A stretch of DNA of 62,992 bases, the filler included, from Kipferlia bialata (lineage: Eukaryota): assembly GCA_003568945.1 (NCBI GenBank). It is 5 parts of 5 records of this genome, joined end to end, with 100 filler letters (N's around TTAATTAATTAA, not from the genome) between each part and the next. Parts side by side here need not be neighbours in the genome. Positions count along the whole stretch, not along the records: positions 1 to 13,776 come from BDIP01000901.1; 4 more parts are not named here. One strand, 5' to 3'. The translations under genes were made by a program, and so were the position numbers. A model generated the notes under the pieces. It saw only the letters and a program-made list of their open reading frames with translations. It did no database searches and was not told the DNA's origin. Shown one piece after another: positions 1 to 12,691 of this stretch (position 1 is its first letter; the number at the start of each line of letters is the position of its first letter).

Positions 1-52
<52 letters not shown>

Positions 53-109
53 CCGCTTAGGCAAAAAACAGTATTCTATAATCCTATATACAAATATACT
101 ATACGCTAC

Positions 110-1475
110 CTCATGTCCCTTGGACACCGCCAGCTGACAGTTGGTGTACCCATTGCGCTTGATGGCTGCCAGCCACCCAACTACCTCTGCCCTGCCTCCC
201 ACTTGCTGGGGTCAGAGGGGGGGGGGTGTAGCTGAGTAACATATAACACATGTTCACCCAAGTGATACTACAACTATACTACACTACACTGTGAATAGAA
301 ATACCTTGAGAGTGGTTGTGATTGATGCCAGCCTCATCATGTTCTGCTGCTGGCCTGTCATGCCCTCCTTGTGCCGGGTGTGGGCCTGGGGGGAGGGACA
401 GAGTATCGGAAGACTATACAGAGATTCTTCACTCTTCACTTACAGAGCAAGATTCTTTCTCCTACATACATAAACTAGTACCTCTCGGAGCAGGACTGCC
501 ACGCACAGCAGACTGAGAGTATAGGGAACCACGTAATTAAATGATTACATACACATATACATACACACACACATCCACACCTCTCTGAGCATGACTGCCA
601 CGCACAGTGACTCCAGCTTGGCCATGGCAGACAGACCCCCCAGTCTGAGGACAGGGCCCAGGTGCTGGGGGTGGGAGGGGGGGGGGTTGGTATGATACTC
701 ACACTATACACTATACAATACTGATGAATACACATACCTCCTCAGACGCAGCGAGTGCCCTCAGCCCCTCTATGTCCCCTGACACTGCACACTCCACAAG
801 GGCCGCAAAGGAGTCTAGGCCCCTGGAGGGTCAGAACAGGCACACGGTGATATAATACTAGCACTAACCACTTGTATATATTGTACCCCCACCTAGCCCT
901 GAGGGTGTCTGGTCTGATGACTGCACCCAGGTTGAGGAGGGCCACGCCTAGGTACCTGGGGGTCAGACAGAGAGTAATACATCAGCAGGGAGGCAATATC
1001 ATACCTTCAGAAGTCAGATATATAGCAATAATGGTATGTATCAATCTAAGTGTGTATGTACTCCTCTACCACACGATATCCTAGATCCAAGACCTTCACG
1101 GCCTCACCTCTCTGCCAGCGCCCTGTTCCTGGTCCCCTTCCCCAACAGCTGCACACTGCCACACAGATCAACAGCAGCCTTGGTGTTCTGGTTGTCGGCC
1201 AGTCTCACACGGCCCCTGGGGGGTGAGAAGAAGGGTATATACCATATAATACCCTATTGCGCATAGAATATGGGCCTCCCCCACCTGTGGTTAGGAATGC
1301 TGCCATAAGCTGTGACTCTCTCTCTCCTCTCTCTCTCTCTATATATAATCATTCTCCCACCTGTGGTATAGGAATGCTGCCACCTCTGGGCTCTTGTTGT
1401 AGTTGACCCTGGCCCCTGCCTTGCCCTTGGCCTTGCCCCTCTTCTTGGACACCTGGGGTGAGTGTATAGAGAGAG

Positions 1476-1508
<33 letters not shown>

Positions 1509-2544
1509 TATATGAGCAGTCCCTTGGCCTTGCCCCTCTTCTTGGACACCTAAGGTCTCGGTTGACCTGTGCCTGCGCTGCCAATTCTTCCAGTATAGTA
1601 TATATATCGTATATATATACAGCGTATGTCTAAAGACAGCACACCCCACACCTGTGTCTGACCCAAAAACATAAAAAGAGAAATATATACATATATATAC
1701 TATTCTATCAATACATTACTCTTCTATATACACCCCACACCTGTGTCTGTGCCTGCACTGGTCTGACCCCCCCTGGTAGCAGGCACAGAGGCACATCGGC
1801 CTGCACATCACTCCTCTCCTTGCCAGCAATCTGGGGTGAGGGGGAGAGAGAGTACTGATACGGACATCAGGATAGGGACAATGAAGCGAACACTCAGAGA
1901 CACCCAGAGTATGGACACCTGGTATAGAATGGCATAACTGGTATGTATAGCACACTCTCCCACCTTAGCCACCTCGAGCCTGCCCAGTATCAGTATGAGT
2001 ATGAGTATCAGTATCATACCCCTATACAGGTATAACCCCCACCTTGGCCACCTCGAGCCTGCCCTCACTGATGCTGATGCCCAGCATCACATTCAGCACA
2101 GCCAGATACGTGTTCTTGGACTGGGGGGAGTCTGGGGTCAGAAAAGCATATTACACTGAATATATACACATACAAGTATACATTACACTACACTATAATC
2201 AATAATAATCAATATACTGTGGGGCGAGTCTGGGGTAAACGTGTGTATAATAGGAGGTAGCTACACTATATGGTAGTCTGGGGGATGGAGTGAGTTGAGA
2301 AGCGACACAGAGTATCCCTGTGGCCTGACTTGACTTAAACAAGTACAGTTGTGATGTCTCTGACACAATGAACATTGTGCTACGAGCATATTCTATATAT
2401 TATATACATCCTACAGTGGGAAGCAGAGAGTAGAGACAGAGAGTCCATTCCTGACTTTGACAGTCCAGCTGTCACATCTCTGGCACTGGACACAAACCCC
2501 TGGAGGTAGTCGGAGGACCCAGTGCCCTTCTGGGAGGCCTTGAT
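110..2544 (-). CDS. PCI-domain protein, PCID2/Thp1/Csn12-like; multi-exon, partial at both ends
   Basis: Hand-spliced exons give SKNTYLAVLNVMLGISISEGRLEVAK...VAAFLYHR-GRVRLADNQNTKAAVDL...RNRALAER-YLGVALLNLG...FAALVECAVSGDIEGL...EVVGWLAAIKRNGY. This is colinear with PCID2 as recalled (SKKWGMLFLVNQLFKIY...TYKYYVGRKAM...NKRMILIYLLPVKMLLG...FAEVTRAVSEGNL). Acceptors are ctgac/ctcac-cccag. Confidence 0.7.
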
Positions 2545-2789
2545 CTGGGGGGGTGAGACGGGGGTGGAGATAGTAGTGTATGGGAGGGGAAAGAGAGAGA
2601 GAGAGAGGGGGGGGGGGGAAACTAGTGAGAATAGAACAATGCTCAACTCTCTCACCCCCCCCCCCCCCCCCCCCCCTCCTCCCCCCCCCCCCCCCCCCCC
2701 CCCCCCCCCACACACACACCCTCCCGTCTCTCTCTCTCTCAGCGTCTCTCCCCCTCTCCCTCTCTCCCTCTCTCTACTGACGTTCAGAC

Positions 2790-3765
2790 CTACCGGATGG
2801 CCCACGTCTCCAGGACCCATATGCAGATGTACACAGGTAGGAGGATTGTCAGTATCACTGTGTGCAGCAATACTATGTACACAAGTATCGTATGATGATG
2901 CGTAGTACCAGGATCACAGTGTATATACACTAAATCGTAGTAGTGAATGTATATACTAAGATGCAGGGCCTGTGCCCTCAAGCTGATGGCCGAGGTGTCT
3001 GTCATGAATAGTTTCGTATATGTATCTCTATATTTGTTTATATGTATACATAGTGCGGTGTATTATTATTTTCTAACTATCAGAGCATGTGCCCTCAAGC
3101 TGATGGCCGAGGTGTCTGTGATGAGGGCCAAGGAGGCATATGGTGCATATAAGGAGCATGTGAAGGGAAAGGAGAAGAGAGGGACCCCTACCCAGGCAGA
3201 GACTGGAGAGACTGAGGGTAGTGGAGAGAAGGGAGAGAGTGGGGTGGATACTGCAGCAGAGGGTGCTGAGACTGGAGGTGAGGCATCTACCACACAGGCT
3301 GAGGAGGGTGACACTGTAAGGGAAGGAGAGGTAGAGGAGAAGAAGGCAGATGCTGATGGGGCTGCTACCTCTTCCAAGCCTACCCCTACCCCTGCCCCTA
3401 CCCCTGCACCCACTATGCCACCTGTACCTGCACTGCTGCCAGGGAAGGTATGTACCCTACTCTATAATTAGTAATAGTGCGTAGTTAATGCCATATTTAG
3501 TTCACCTGTGCCTGCACTGCTGCCAGGGAAGGTACTGACGCCCATTGTGTACACACAAGTCATATACATATATATATATATTTATATTGCACTGCTGCCA
3601 TGGATGGTGTGTAGTACTCATGTATATGAAGGGATCTTATGATATCAAGTACCCGTACCCCACTCCCCTATTCCCAATTATACTTGTTTTCTATTCATAT
3701 TCATATCCTATGTGTTAACCCCCAGGTTCGCAACCTACATATGGTATGGTATATTTGTATGTTGA

Positions 3766-3808
<43 letters not shown>

Positions 3809-6800
3809 GCCTGTCCTATATATTAACCCCCAGGTGCGTACTCTGCTGACCAGACTCAGAGTGGCAGAGGGACCAGGGCAGGTATATACACTATTCTTAA
3901 TAGTAGAGTATGTATACATTCATAATATATGGTATATTGCACTTAGATTCAACTCTTATCAGACTCAGAGTGGCAGAGGGGCCAGGGCAGGTAGTATGTA
4001 TAATCAATTGTATTGTCATATGCACGAGTATTAGACTATATATATATCTTTATCAAATAGTTGTGTTTGTGTGGTTTGTGTATATTGCATTTTCATGTCC
4101 CACCCCCAGGTTGTCAAGGGACTGGAGGCCATGCGGGAGATGGCAGAGACAGGTGATATATACATAGATATATATGTATATATATTGCATATACATGCAT
4201 CAGTGACAGACAAGTAGGTGGATTCATTATTCTATTATAGATGTGTATACACATACTATAGATGTGTGTCTATAATGTGTGGAGATGGCAGAGACAGGTG
4301 GGACCAGTGTATATAGAGATGTGCATTTAATGGTTACAGAAGTGTCAGAGACGGTGGGTCAGACATGGATACACACTCGTAAGTGTCCTGTTTTGTATTT
4401 GATGAGTTTCTCGATATATGACCTCACCCCAGTGAAGAATGACGTGTACATGTACGAGACTGGATGCCACATGGTACGTGCAATATTCTACATTCAAATA
4501 TCTCTTGTCTCCTATTAATTAGTACATTTGCGTGTAAATCTACTTGTTTTGTATATATATATAAATATATATATCTTGACCCCTAGGCCGCCCTGTACTG
4601 CATGTCCACCTATGCATCCTCACCAGAGGTCGTCACAGCCGGGGCAAGGGCACTGTGGACCATTGTGTTTGAAGGTATGTATCTGAGTATATAGATATCT
4701 CTTCAGGTACTTACTGTCAGAGAACCCCTCACACCACGCTTATAGATATATAGAGAGAGTATAAATAGATATAGATAGACACATGCACTTTCATATATAA
4801 TGTTTATAGTAATGGTGTCACTCAATCATATTATGAAACATGATACATCTATACTCACTGTCAGAGAACCCCCACCCGATGCACCTTGCAACCACAATAT
4901 AATGATGATGATAAATGTCGACTTACTCTTACTTACCCTTAGAGAACCCCCACCCGATGCGCCAGGGCATAGTGGACCTGGGGGCAGTCCCCCTGACACT
5001 CGAGTTGATGGGGTATGGGGATAGATATTCATATAGTGTATAGTTATGATATCATATGGAATATATGTATAGTATAGTATCCCTCACACTTGAGTTGATG
5101 GGGTATGGGGATAGTAATTAACCTATAATTGTGTTTGAAAGGTGAAATCTACAATACTTGTGAGTGGTTACCATAGAGCAGTCTGTCTTGACCCGAGCAA
5201 GCACTTCAACTCCCACCTCACCGTATAGTTGTAACTACAATGAGTGTATATGGCTGAACGATATCCTATATATTTCCAGTATCATTATAGTATCCTAATA
5301 ATCCCAGCAAGCACTTCTACTCCCACCTCCCCATATAATCGGTGTAAGTGTATACTATATATTTATATATTAATTCCTTACACTACCCTGACCCCAGCAA
5401 GCACTTCCACTCCCACCTCCCAGTCAACTGGCTGGTGGCCCTGCTCAGTGTGCTGGCCACTAAAGGTACATATGCTTTATTATATATGTTAAATTGTGTA
5501 TGGTATATTATATTTACTAGCTTAGTGGTATTGGAAAGTCAACTGGCTGGTGGCCCTGCTCAGTGTCCTGGCAACAAAGGGTGTGTTTATTAGTGTCATG
5601 AAGTGCTTGTTTACTACTATACTTAATCAATAGTACTGGCTGGTAACCCTACTCAGGTTACTGGCCACTACTTTGTTTGTATCTGAACATATCTATCACT
5701 CTTTCGTAGTAAAGTCTGGTTCAACTATAATCCATATGTATAATGTACCTAACCCTCAGATAGCAACAGGGACCTCATGTTTAGGCTGCAGTGCCACGTC
5801 CAGGTCATGAAGGCAGTGCAGAAGCACAGGGTACGTATACCTCTAACCGTTAACGTATGTTTATTACTGTTCAACTATATGTATGGCATGTATACTACCA
5901 ATTTAGTATCATTATACACCATCTCTTTCTTGGATATCAGGAAGGCAGTCCAGAAGCACAGGGTACGTATACCGTTATCTATATGTATGCAACCACCAAC
6001 CCCCTTTCTCTTTCTCGATCCACCCCCTCATACCAGACCAACGTTGGTGTGGTGACCCAGGCCTGTGGGTTCTTCAGAAACGTGTGCCAAGGAGGTGGGT
6101 CCTTTACTTCGTATATATATGCATCGTTAAGCACGTTGATAAGGATAGTCCAATATTGCCGTGGAGGTGGGCATTGTGAACTATCACTAATTATTGTTGT
6201 AGCAGATGACCGTAACCCTTTGCAGAGTTTGTATCTATATATTGTAATTATATAGATAGTATCGGCATGTCCCTCACCCCAGGCGCCACCAGACAGGTTG
6301 CTCTGGTCAAGCTCAAGGTGGTGCCCCTGCTGCTCAGGTATGGGGTGTTGACTTATAGATGACTATAATAATAATGTGCAACGTGTACATTAATATTGAT
6401 ATCTCAATACTACCTTGTTTCTTCCTGACCTTCAGGTGTCTATCCGAGCACCGCAATGACACGGTGCTGGTCAGATGGCTCCTGCTGGCACTCGAGATGA
6501 TGGGGAACGCAGGTATATATCATCTTTACTTTATATTTGCATTGGTACATTCATAATACATAGTCTAATGCTATAGACACGCTATAGTAATATCCTACAG
6601 GCACTCGGGATGATGAGGAATGCAAGTTTGCCACTTTAACGATATCACCAACTTATAGCGACATGCCTTTTACATGATATTAGTCTATGGATATTATTAT
6701 AATTCTCTGCTGCTCTAACCCCAGCTGCCAACCTGCCTGAGATGTATGGGGAGGGCTGTCACCTGCACTGTCTGGCAGTACTCAAGGTATATACATGTAC

Positions 6801-8724
6801 TTATACATTCATGTATTTGGTATGTATATACATCTACATCGGTATCTTCTCTTTTCTCTCACCTGCACTGTCTGGCGGTTCTCAAGGTGTGTATCTATAC
6901 CCTAATTATGTATGTACTGTCTGGGTACCTGTCAACACTATCGTGACTACACATATGTATATATGTATATGCATATATACTAACCCCAGTCCATGGGCGG
7001 TGTCACTTCAAGGCAATATCGTACTCAACGGTAATTCTTTAGTTTAATGGTAACGTATCAATTATAATGGACTAACCCCAGTCCATGGGCGGTGTCAAGG
7101 CTGCAGAGAGGGAGAAGAAGTCTGACAAGCTGGCACATTACATCAGAGTCAGTGCCCTGGCCCTGATGTCCAGACTGTGCGTGGATAGAGGTGCATACAT
7201 GTATTATACTTGTGTATATACATAGTATATAAAAGTGGGCAGGTGGTTAGTGCCCTGGCCCTGATGTCCAGACTGTGTCTAGATAGAGGTATGTATGTAT
7301 ATATATATATACATATATATTTATATAGAGAGAGAGGTAGATGGTATGGTATATGCGGTGTATTGGATAGTGCCCTGGCCCTCATGTCCAGACTGTGCGT
7401 AGATAGAGGTATGTATATGCATGTAGCACTCATATGTATATTATTCACATAGTAAAGTTTATAAGTAGATGATGGCCTGGCCCTGATATCCAGACTGTAC
7501 AGTAGATAAAGGTGTGTATGCACATTGTAGTCTCTATTATAATTCATAATAATACACTGCTGTACTGACACTCACTCCAGATACCACCTGTCTTGTCAAG
7601 GCCGGTGCTGTCTCTGTCCTAACAACACTCTACAAGTCAGTGGACAGGTACCAGGGAGGGGGAGAGACAGACACCAAGACTGGGAAGAAGAGTGAGACAG
7701 AGCCACTGACTGAGAAAGAGAAGGAGAGAGAGAGAGAGAGAGACCTGTCCCTCCTGGGCCACATCCTGTCTGCCGTATCCAGCATATCTGAGAACAAGGC
7801 CAATGTCCATGCACTGTACAAGGGAGACTGGCACAACTTGCAGGTATAGTATATATACATAGGCTACAATACGTATGGTACAATATATATATAGGGAAGG
7901 GAGTGTATATATGTTGTGGTGTATTTGTAGTACAGTATCTAGTATGTCCATCCACTGTACAACGGCGACTGGCACAACTTGCATGTATGGCTTGAAATTA
8001 TATATATATATCAGAAACCCCTTTGAATGTGTCCTATGTACTATCACTACCCTGACCCTCAGGTCAGTGCCCTCCGGTCCTACTACAATACACTTTTATA
8101 TATATGATATATATATATATATGTGTGTGTGTATATATATTCATACTATTTAATATATATACTCACCCCCAGGTCACTGCCCTCGGTCCTCCTACACAGA
8201 TGCCAGCATTGTATATTAGCTAATACATATATTTCTATGCATATACATGTATATAATATTAACTATATACTATCACTACCCTGACTATTAGGTCACTGCT
8301 CTCCGGTCCTACTACACAGATGCCAGCATTGTATATCATCCAATGCTCTCTATATATATATATATGTATATATACTATATATCACTATCTGACTACTAGG
8401 TCACTGCCTTCCGGTCCTACTACACCGATGCCAGCATTGTGTCCAGTCTGTGCAGACTGTGCAGCTGGATGTCAAGAGGTAGATACATATTCTCTCTCTC
8501 TCTCTTTCTCTCCATCTCTCCATTTATTTATATATGATTAGAGTATACATACATTTGTGTGTAGGTGTGTATCTATGTGTCCTGACCCACCAGACGCCAC
8601 CGGTGTCAAGAGATGCATTGTTCAGGCCCTTACATCTCTTTCTCTCTCTCTATCTCTCTATGTACCTATGTGAATCCTGATCATCAGATGCCACCAGTGT
8701 CAAGAGGTACATTGTTCAGCCCTC

Positions 8725-8777
<53 letters not shown>

Positions 8778-11282
8778 GCATATTGATGAATGTGTATCTG
8801 ACCCCAGACGCCACCAGTGTCAAGAGGTGCATTGTGCAGGCCGGTATGCCTGAGGCCATGGTACTGGCCCACACCCAGTGGAGGTCCAACACTGGCATCA
8901 TAGCAGACATACTCTGGGCCATCAGCCACATGGGGGCAACAGGTGTGGATTGTATACATATATATATATATATATATATGTATACATATAGTGAGGCTAT
9001 GTATATATGTATATGTATGAGTGTGTATAGGTAGCAGACATACTCTGGGCCATCAGCCACATGGGGGCAACAGGTGGGGATTGTATACATATATAGTATT
9101 GATGTGTATATATAGTCACGGTATATTCACACATACTCTGGATGATAATAATTAGGCCGCCACTGTCCCGTCCTGATAGATGCCAAGTTATTACTGTATT
9201 TAACACTGTGTATCTTAATGTCTATACATGGTTAAATGCAATGCTTGTATGATAACATCAGGCCGCCACTGCCCTGTCCTGATGGATGCCAAGTGGCACG
9301 AGCATGCCTATGAGAGCCTCAAGGAGCACCCAACAGACATCAAGGTATGTATTGTCGCTTAATAGTGTATGAATAGCATACATTTCTTTTGAGTGTCCCC
9401 CCCCCCTCCCCCCCATCGTCTCTGTTACACTTGGTATGTAGAGATTTACTATAACTACTCTCTAATGCCAGGTGTGCCGGCAGAGCATGTGTCTGCTCAA
9501 TGTATTGGCCAAGAATGGTGAGTGAAAGTGTATATACATAATACATTAAAAGAAGAAGAAAATAGAATTCTTTATAGTTTTAATATATATGAATGTATCT
9601 CATTATATCTCATTCTTAGATGCTGACCGCACTGCCTCTGTGTACTCCCTGGGGTGTGTGGGCACAGTCATCAAGGTGGGGGTAGAGTTATAAATACACG
9701 TATTGTTATATATCCATATGTACTGACATATGTATGTATCTGTAAGTGTTAACCAGGATCGGCTATAATATAGATATATATAGATGTCTCCTGTGTACAT
9801 TAATGTTGTTGTAGTATCCCCTCCCCTTCTTCACTCCTTACCGTATTTGTTTGTGCATCGTTGTCTCTCTATGTATCTCTTTTCATACATATACTACTAT
9901 ATATACTTTTGTATATGTGTTTGTATATGACACACATTGTGTAAGTGTGTAATTGTATATGTGAGTTTCTCACATCAGGCCATGCGCAACCACCTAGACA
10001 ACACCGATGTCGTATGGAGGGGTCTCCTACTGCTCACAACACTCACCACACCCATGCTAGGTATATATATATACCTAGTATTATATACATGTAGGTATTA
10101 GTGACCATATTGACCAGACCACCCTGCACCAAAGTAATATTCTGGTTCTGATTGTGTATACTGGGTTGAGTATTGTTAGTTATCCTCATAATGATCCAGC
10201 CTTGCCCATGGTCTAGTTCTCTTCCACTGGCCCTTCTTAGAGTGGGTCTCGCTCTTAGCTATATATCCCTATTCCAATACTGTATCCAACGAGTAAGCAA
10301 GATATTAGTATCAGTGACACTCAGAGAGAGTGTCTCCCTCAATTCCTAAACTATACTATATTCGTGTACAAGGTATTAGTATCAGTCACATTGCTAACCC
10401 CTCAGAGAGAGCGTCTCCCTCTGAGATGAGAGAATGTGGTGAAGTGTGTGGGGAGGTACTGGCCAAGCAGAAGGAGGCCAAGGTGAGGATGTAGCAATAT
10501 ATACGGGGTTACAATTATATAATATGTATATGAATGTATGTCACCAGAAGGAGGCCAATAATTCAAGGTGAGAATATTAATATAGTTAGATGTGTGGGTA
10601 TATATTAGTATTTTTGACATATGTATAATAGTTGTTTGTGTTCTCTGACCCCCAGGTTGACCACCAGAATATTCATATAGATATATATACATATATATGT
10701 TAATATATATTATTGTGATTATATAGCACTATTACCCCCAGGTTGACCACCAGACTGTCAAGGCATCTGCTGTATATATATATATGTGTGTGTGTGTGGG
10801 TGTGTGGGTGTGGGTGTTTATAGATATAGATATATTAGTTCTATGCCTCTGACCCCCAGGTTGACCACCAGACTGTAAAGGCCTCTGCTGGTCTGGCTAC
10901 CACTCTTGTGGAGAAGATGAGTGAGGGGGTTAAGAAGGTGTGTGGAGAGGCTGGGATTGAGGTTGAGGGGGAGGCAGGAGAGAATGCCGATGCAGTGGAG
11001 GAAGAGGCTCAGACTGTAGATGAGACCCAGACCGATGCAGGTAACACTGGCCAGTCTCCAGAGGAGGGAGAGCCTGACACTGCAGGAGAGAGCATGGCCG
11101 ATAGAGCTACTGCCACAGCAGAGGCTGCAGAGAAGGGGGAGGATCCTGCAGAGACTACTGCAGTTACAGTAGAAGAGGGAGAGGGGAAGGGAGAGGACCC
11201 AGAGGGAGAGGGAGAGGGAGAGAGGGAGAAGGGTGTTGAGGAGGACCCTGCCCCTCTTTCCCAGGACACAGAGGCACAGTGA
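2790..11282 (+). CDS. Large armadillo/HEAT-repeat protein, >20 exons, 5' end missing, acidic low-complexity insert and tail
   Basis: Spliced exons such as SPEVVTAGARALWTIVFE, RQGIVDLGAVPLTLELMG, NVGVVTQACGFFRNVC, VKRCIVQAGMPEAMVLAHTQWRSNTGIIADILWAISHMG and AMRNHLDNTDVVWRGLLLLTTL have ARM-repeat periodicity. The last exon ends in TGA at 11280-11282. Confidence 0.7.
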
Positions 11283-11608
11283 GAGAGAGGACTATTGTGA
11301 TTGACATTCATTATCTCCCAGTCACTGGCTCTCTCACACAGATCAATATTCCATTCTTACTATGCATTGCTTTCAGTGTTGTGTGATTTCAATTCATTAT
11401 CGGATTTCAATAGACACCCCAGTGTAATGCACTAGACATAATGTCAATTGATGGTGTCAGTCGGTCAGGACTCCTGAGTCTCAGGAGACGAATATCCCAC
11501 ACTTGAATAATCGTATATACGCCATAATGTAACCCGAACATTCGCAATGCAAAGTTCGCATTGTGACTTGCAAATTGAGTTGAGTCCCCTTGCTGCTGGC
11601 ATTGTACC

Positions 11609-12549
11609 ATGAAGCGCTGCAGCTGTGTCACTGCCTTGTGTGCTCTTGTGGGCACGGCCATGCTGGGTATATATTGTATTTATATATATGCATTATAGAT
11701 ATATGTATACTATATATATATATAGATATACTATATAGAAAGATTGTCTTATACATATATATTATTATATCAGATATATAATTATATAATGCTAGGAATA
11801 CTCATGTGGGTATTCAGTCAGGAGCAGTCCGACTCTGATCTTCCTACATGGGAGGAACCAGGCTCATACGATGTCCTTACAGACATGTTTGACCATAGGT
11901 AAGGCCATCTCTCCTATGTTGGAGGTGAATATAACACATGTATCGTGACTGTAAGTATGAGTATCATCCCAGATTCTGTGAGGTGCTGATGCTATATCGG
12001 ACTGGTCTCACTGCGGAGGTTAACGTGCTCTCTACTCTTGGGAAGAATGAGTGTCCTGCAGACCTCTGGAGTGTACTGGATAGCGAGGCGCTAGCGGCAG
12101 ACTACGATGCTGAGGCTGTCATATTCAATGGACCGAGGTACATGCTGGCAGACACTGTCAAGATACCCGTGGAGCTACCCTTTGTCACACTAGATGACCT
12201 AGAGCTTCAGGAACTAGGGCTGGGTCAGATGAAGCTGTGGGAGCTGACCTCTCTCACCTCCCCATACACTGACTTCACTCTAAGGTGGGAGAGTGTCCAT
12301 GTCTACAACTCTGGTAGGAGGGTATATGAGCTAGAGTCCCCACTGGGAGACACCTACCGTATGGTGTCCTACTGCCTTCTTGTGGACTCGGAGCTAGATG
12401 TGGAGACACTGTCCACTCTTGGTGTGGGATTGAGTCTTCCTGAGGGCTGGTCGTACTCGACTAGGACACTGGGCCAAGAGGAGGCCCTCGATTCTCACAC
12501 AGTAGTCAGGCTGCAGGATAGTTACCAGAACACATACCAGAGAATATAG
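11609..12549 (+). CDS. Hypothetical protein with N-terminal signal/anchor, resembling a conserved bacterial uncharacterised family; exons 11609-11666, 11796-11898, 11973-12549
   Basis: Both introns splice in frame: MKRCSCVTALCALVGTAMLG-ILMWVFSQ...DHR-FCEVLML...GKNECPADLWSVLD...FNGPRYMLAD...LPEGWSYSTRTL...QDSYQNTYQRI*. The bacterial resemblance is from memory of motifs, not from a search. Confidence 0.7.
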
Positions 12550-12691
12550 GTCTCTTGACATATTTCAGAGAATGATTTGGGTGTAGCGCGTGGTATCGTG
12601 GTGAAAGGGTTTGTGAGTCGAAAGGAGATTTATATATATATATATGTCCAATGAACAAAAGTTGTCATACGAATCGTCAAGATTGGTCCAG

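Noticed and set aside
1..50. Terminal poly-G as a telomere or G-quadruplex element
   Set aside because: Pure homopolymers mark most contig ends here and correspond to intronic C-tracts where assembly broke.
2418..2552. Plus-strand frame with an in-frame TAG (PWR*SEDPVPFW), hinting at TAG reassignment as in hexamitid diplomonads
   Set aside because: The block is better explained as a minus-strand PCID2-like exon with a canonical acceptor, and BBS5, TrmO and the amylase end at TAG/TAA where expected.
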